Part shown: one piece after another, positions 60,034-64,000 of the stretch
Position numbering within the stretch: position 1 is the stretch's first letter
Layout: each line of letters starts with the position of its first letter
Origin: an uncultured delta proteobacterium
GTDB lineage: Bacteria > Myxococcota_A > Polyangia > Fen-1088
DNA: 64,000 bases
Assembly (NCBI GenBank): GCA_963737265.1
Contig: CAVTRY010000013.1
Location: 224,001 to 288,000 of the forward strand
Reading direction: 5' to 3'
Position numbers and translations under genes: made by a program
Notes under the pieces: generated by a model
Database searches by the model: none
What the model was told of the DNA's origin: nothing
Seen by the model: the letters and a program-made list of their open reading frames with translations, nothing else

Positions 60034-62271
60034 ATGGATCTATTCGAACGCGCCGCAGGTAAACGTCCCGGCAACGCGGTGGACGAGTCCGTCGAGGGCA
60101 CCATCGAGCGCATCGTCTTTTCCGGCGGTGACGGCGAGTTTACGGTGGCGCGCCTCAAGGTAGCCGGTGCGGCCGAGCCGGTGACCGTGGTCGGCAGTCT
60201 GCTCGGCCTGCCCGTGGGCGCAAACCTGCGCGCGAACGGCTACTACGAAACCAATCCGCGTTTCGGCCGACAATTCCGCATCGTCGCGTACACCGAGCTT
60301 TCCCCCAACACCCTCGCCGGCATCAAGCGCTACCTCGGCGCCGGGCTCATCAAAGGCATCGGTCCCGAATTCGCGTCCCGCATCGTCGCCCGCTTCGGCG
60401 ACAAGACCCTGGAGATTCTCGACGCCCGGCCCGAGCGCATCCGCGAAGTGCCCGGCATCGGCCGTTCGCGCGCCGAGGCCATCAAGAAAGCCTGGGCCAC
60501 CCAGCGCGGGCAGCGCGAGGTGATGGTTTTCCTGCAAGGCTACGGCGTGTCCCCGGCTCTCGCCGCGCGCATTTACAAACGCTACGGCACCGCGGCCGTG
60601 GCGCGCGTGCGCGAGAATCCCTATCGCCTCGCCTTCGACGTGTGGGGCATCGGATTTCTCTCGGCCGATCGCCTGGCCAGCTCGCTCGGCATCGGCAAGG
60701 AAACCGACATGCGCATCGAAGCGGGCGTGCGCCACGTTTTGGAAGAAGCTGGCAGCCAAGGCCACGTGTACCTGCCGCGCGCACGGCTCGCGCAGGATGC
60801 GAGCAATCGCCTGGAGGTCGATCTCGCCCTGGTCGAGCCCGCCATCGATCGGTTGGCGCGCATTGGAGAAGTCGCCGTCGAGCACGTGCAAGCCGGCGAA
60901 CCAGGCGGCGAGGCCGGCGGTGAAGCGGTCTTTGAAACCAGCCTGCTGCGTGCCGAGCTGGCCGCGGCTGCGGGTCTGCGCCGCCTGCTGCACGCCCAGT
61001 GCAAACCGCTGCCCGTGGATCCTGACAGCGCCATCGCCCGCTACGAAAAGGAAGCCGACATCACCCTGGCACCGAAACAGGCCGAGGCCGTGCGGCGCGC
61101 GCTCGTCGAGCCGTTGCTGGTCATCACCGGCGGCCCCGGCGTGGGCAAGACCACCATCGTGCGCGGGATCGTGGCGAGCTTCCTCCGCTGCGACCTGCGC
61201 GTGGCCTTGGCCGCCCCCACCGGGCGCGCCGCCAAACGTCTGCAAGAAGCCACCGGCCAGCCGGCCGCGACCTTGCACCGCCTGCTCGAATGGCGACCGG
61301 CCGAGGGCGTGTTTGGGCGCAACCGGGAGCGCCCGCTCGCCGCCGATCTGCTGGTCGTCGACGAGGCGTCCATGGTGGACATCCGCCTGTGCGCGGATCT
61401 CGTCGCCGCCCTGGCCAACGGCACGCGCCTGTTGCTGGTGGGCGACCAAGATCAGCTTCCATCGGTCGGCCCCGGCATGGTTCTGCGCGACACCATCGAA
61501 TCCGAGGCCGTGCCGGTGGTGCGCCTCAATGAAATCTTCCGCCAGGCCGCGCAGAGCCTGATCGTCGTCAACGCCCACCGCATTCACGATGGTGAAATGC
61601 CCGAGCTCGGCGAGCCGCCCACGCAAGGTCCGACGGCCGACACGCGCGATTTCTTCTTTCTCGAAGAAAACGATCCGGCAAGCGCCGCGCAAACCATTCG
61701 CGATCTCGTGGTCGCGCGCCTACCGCGCCGCTACGGTTACTCGCCGTCCGACATTCAAGTGCTCACGCCCATGCACCGGGGCGAGCTCGGCGCCACCAAC
61801 CTCAATCGGCTCCTGCAAGAAGCGCTTAGCGCTGGCGGCGAGTCGCTCACCAGTGGCAGTCGCCTCTTTCGTGCCGGCGACCGGGTCATGCAAATGCGCA
61901 ATAACTACGACAAAGACGTATTCAACGGCGACGTCGGCCAAGTCGTTCGCGTCGCCCAGGAAGAGCGCGAGCTGGTCGTCCGTTTCGACGAGCGCGAGGT
62001 GAGCTTTGCCAGCGACGAGCTCGATGAGTTGTCGCTCGCCTACGCGGCGACGGTGCACAAGTCGCAGGGATCGGAGTACGCCGCCGTCGTCATCCCCGTG
62101 CACACGCAACACTTCGTCATGCTCCAGCGCAGCCTGCTTTACACCGCCGTCACCCGCGGGAAGAAATTGGTGGTGCTGGTGGGTACGCGCAAGGCGCTCG
62201 CGATTGCGGTTCGCAACGCCGAGGTAGCCCTGCGCTGCACGCGCCTGCGCCACCGCCTGGCGAAGGCGTGA
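60034..62271 (+). CDS. recD2: RecD2 ATP-dependent DNA helicase
   Basis: IKGIGP, ENPYRL, TGGPGVGKTT, APTGRAAKRL, DEASM, GDQDQLPSVG, AYAATVHKSQGSE, LYTAVTR. Confidence 0.95.
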   Translation: MDLFERAAGKRPGNAVDESVEGTIERIVFSGGDGEFTVARLKVAGAAEPVTVVGSLLGLPVGANLRANGYYETNPRFGRQFRIVAYTELSPNTLAGIKRYLGAGLIKGIGPEFASRIVARFGDKTLEILDARPERIREVPGIGRSRAEAIKKAWATQRGQREVMVFLQGYGVSPALAARIYKRYGTAAVARVRENPYRLAFDVWGIGFLSADRLASSLGIGKETDMRIEAGVRHVLEEAGSQGHVYLPRARLAQDASNRLEVDLALVEPAIDRLARIGEVAVEHVQAGEPGGEAGGEAVFETSLLRAELAAAAGLRRLLHAQCKPLPVDPDSAIARYEKEADITLAPKQAEAVRRALVEPLLVITGGPGVGKTTIVRGIVASFLRCDLRVALAAPTGRAAKRLQEATGQPAATLHRLLEWRPAEGVFGRNRERPLAADLLVVDEASMVDIRLCADLVAALANGTRLLLVGDQDQLPSVGPGMVLRDTIESEAVPVVRLNEIFRQAAQSLIVVNAHRIHDGEMPELGEPPTQGPTADTRDFFFLEENDPASAAQTIRDLVVARLPRRYGYSPSDIQVLTPMHRGELGATNLNRLLQEALSAGGESLTSGSRLFRAGDRVMQMRNNYDKDVFNGDVGQVVRVAQEERELVVRFDEREVSFASDELDELSLAYAATVHKSQGSEYAAVVIPVHTQHFVMLQRSLLYTAVTRGKKLVVLVGTRKALAIAVRNAEVALRCTRLRHRLAKA

Positions 62272-62293
62272 GCGAGCCCTGCTACCCCACCTG

Positions 62294-63328
62294 CTACCCC
62301 TCCCAGGTCGCCCGGTCTCGACCTGCCTTCTTGGAAAGATAGAGCCTCCTGTCGGCTTTTTTCAGCAAGGCGCTCGCGCTCCGCGTTTCCTCGGATCCGG
62401 CCACGCCCGCGCTCGCCGTCAGCCCGATGTGCCGTCCCTCGAAAAGACAGGGCGTTTTGCGGATCCTGCCAATCAGCTTCGCCGCCACGAAGCGTCCGCC
62501 CTCCAGCTCCGTATCGGGCAAGAGAAGAAGGAACTCGTCCCCGCCATAGCGGAAGAGCGTGTCCGTTCTGCGGCTGCCGGACTGGAGGATCTCCGCCAAG
62601 TGCCGGATCACCTGGTCGCCCGCCAGGTGGCCGTGTTCGTCGTTGACGGTCTTGAACCGATCGATGTCGAACAGCACCACCGAGAATTCTTTCCGACACC
62701 CATTGTCCTTCACCCGCGTCTTCAGCCTAAAACTCTTCTGGAGAGTCTCACGCAGGGCCCGCCGGTTGAGTAGGCCCGACAGGGGGTCGATGCGCGAGAG
62801 CTGAGCGAGCTCCCGGTTCGCTGCCTCCAGGGCATCCTCCGCCCGCTTGAGCGCAGTGATGTCCCGCGAGATGCCCCAGGTCCCTATCACCCGCCCCGGC
62901 TTGTCGCGCAGCGGGAACTTCGAGGTCGAGACCCACGTAACTCTCCCGTCCGGCCAGGTTTCTTTTTCCACCATCTCGACCACCGGCTTGCCAGTCCTGA
63001 TGATTCGCCGCTCGTCGCGGAACGCCTGGACCGCGTGCTCTCGCGTGAAGTGGTCGAAATCCGAGGTGCCGATGATCCTATTCACATTTGCCGTGCCAAA
63101 CCGAAGCGCCGCCGTGCGGCTCACGAAGAAGAACCGCGACTGACGGTCTTTGAAATAGATCGTGTCCCGTCCCAGGTTCATGATCACATTCTGCACATCG
63201 GTCTCGGCCAGAAGTCCCGATGACCAGGCAAGGCGATCCGATTGGGGAACGGACCGCGGCCAAGAAGGTTTCTTTCCATTCTTCCCGCTCTTGTCCGAGC
63301 GAAGTCGTCTCAAGCGCACGCTACTCAT
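62294..63328 (-). CDS. PAS-GGDEF diguanylate cyclase
   Basis: IYFKDRQSRF PAS/PAC (GISRDIT), DPLSGLLNRR, DIDRFKTVND.HGH..GD, RYGGDEF. Start uncertain. Confidence 0.9.
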   Translation of the reverse strand: MSSVRLRRLRSDKSGKNGKKPSWPRSVPQSDRLAWSSGLLAETDVQNVIMNLGRDTIYFKDRQSRFFFVSRTAALRFGTANVNRIIGTSDFDHFTREHAVQAFRDERRIIRTGKPVVEMVEKETWPDGRVTWVSTSKFPLRDKPGRVIGTWGISRDITALKRAEDALEAANRELAQLSRIDPLSGLLNRRALRETLQKSFRLKTRVKDNGCRKEFSVVLFDIDRFKTVNDEHGHLAGDQVIRHLAEILQSGSRRTDTLFRYGGDEFLLLLPDTELEGGRFVAAKLIGRIRKTPCLFEGRHIGLTASAGVAGSEETRSASALLKKADRRLYLSKKAGRDRATWEG

Positions 63329-63592
63329 CGCCGCATCGCTTCCCACGACATTGGCCTCTCACCCATTAGCGAGGTTACATCATCGCTCCAACTGGGTGGC
63401 CCGTCCATCCTGGAAAGGCACCTTTTTCTGCCGCCTTCCGCGACGTCGCTGCGCTCCTCGCGGGATTACGGCGGTCTCGATGCCGAATACCCGGCCGCGC
63501 GCGGGAGGTTCGACCGAGCTGCCCGCATTCAGGGCTTGTGGACGCGGCCCGGGTGAGGGATAACCGGAAGGAGATTCATTTTCGAGGTTGTG

Positions 63593-64000
63593 ATGTTTGA
63601 CGAAGTTGTTTCCGTAGAAGTTGTGCGGCGCTTTTGCCACATTGCAACTCGGCGTTTGGGGGTCGGAATCGATGCCAAGGTGGAGGCCCTGGTCGCGGGC
63701 CGGGTCGCCAAACGGCTGAAGGTTTTGCAGCTGCCACTCGACGAGTATTTGAGTCGTCTGGATGAGGATGAGCATTGCGACGAAGTCATCGGTTTCTTGG
63801 ACTTCATGCGATCCCGGCCGCCGCGTTTCTTTGCGCGCGTGTCGGAGCACGCCGAGCTGTACGCGCAGGTGCGGCGTTGGTTGGCGGCTGGCCGCCGCCG
63901 ATTTCGTCTGTGGTCCGCGGGCTGTGGCTCGGGCGAAGAGCCGTACGCCATGGCGTTGACGGTTATCCGGGCCATCGAGGACGCGAAGCTCAAGCTCGGG
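63593..64000 (+). CDS. cheR: CheR-family methyltransferase, partial (runs off window)
   Basis: Manual translation: MFDEVV...LVAGRVAKRL...RLWSAGCGSGEEPYAMAL. Confidence 0.75.
   Translation, partial: MFDEVVSVEVVRRFCHIATRRLGVGIDAKVEALVAGRVAKRLKVLQLPLDEYLSRLDEDEHCDEVIGFLDFMRSRPPRFFARVSEHAELYAQVRRWLAAGRRRFRLWSAGCGSGEEPYAMALTVIRAIEDAKLKLG

Overview
GC-rich bacterial DNA, most likely from Myxococcota (class Polyangia). This is inferred from a MYXO-CTERM protein, Myxococcus-type Cys-rich/fibro-slime repeats, Gly/Ala/Thr-linker lipoproteins and a large TPR protein. Left core (1-10.5 kb): a tandem cyanophycin synthetase pair with a divergent cyanophycin-associated ABC transporter, then tkt and DUF3015/DUF4105. 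Middle (about 10.5-47 kb): a heavily scarred accessory region. It holds VapBC, an ABC-2 exporter, and an unusual array built from a ~110-bp inverted-repeat element whose left and right ends are separately reiterated. It also holds a type I R-M locus shredded by deletions and an IS21 (6-bp TSD), and a SWIM-DDE transposase module with an RHH regulator and a proteasome-like passenger. Further on are four surface or secreted proteins (two GH5, DUF1080, a fungal-like domain on MYXO-CTERM) and an RND/persulfide-type cluster broken by an ISAs1-derived composite element (10-bp TSD). Right core (47-64 kb): acyl-CoA dehydratase activase, a pseudo-SIR2-TPR giant protein, porin and P-II, an alphaCTD-like protein, recD2, a diguanylate cyclase and partial cheR. 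Several single-base frameshifts may be sequencing errors. No rRNA, tRNA or CRISPR array was recognised. Family assignments come from motif recognition only; no database search was run.
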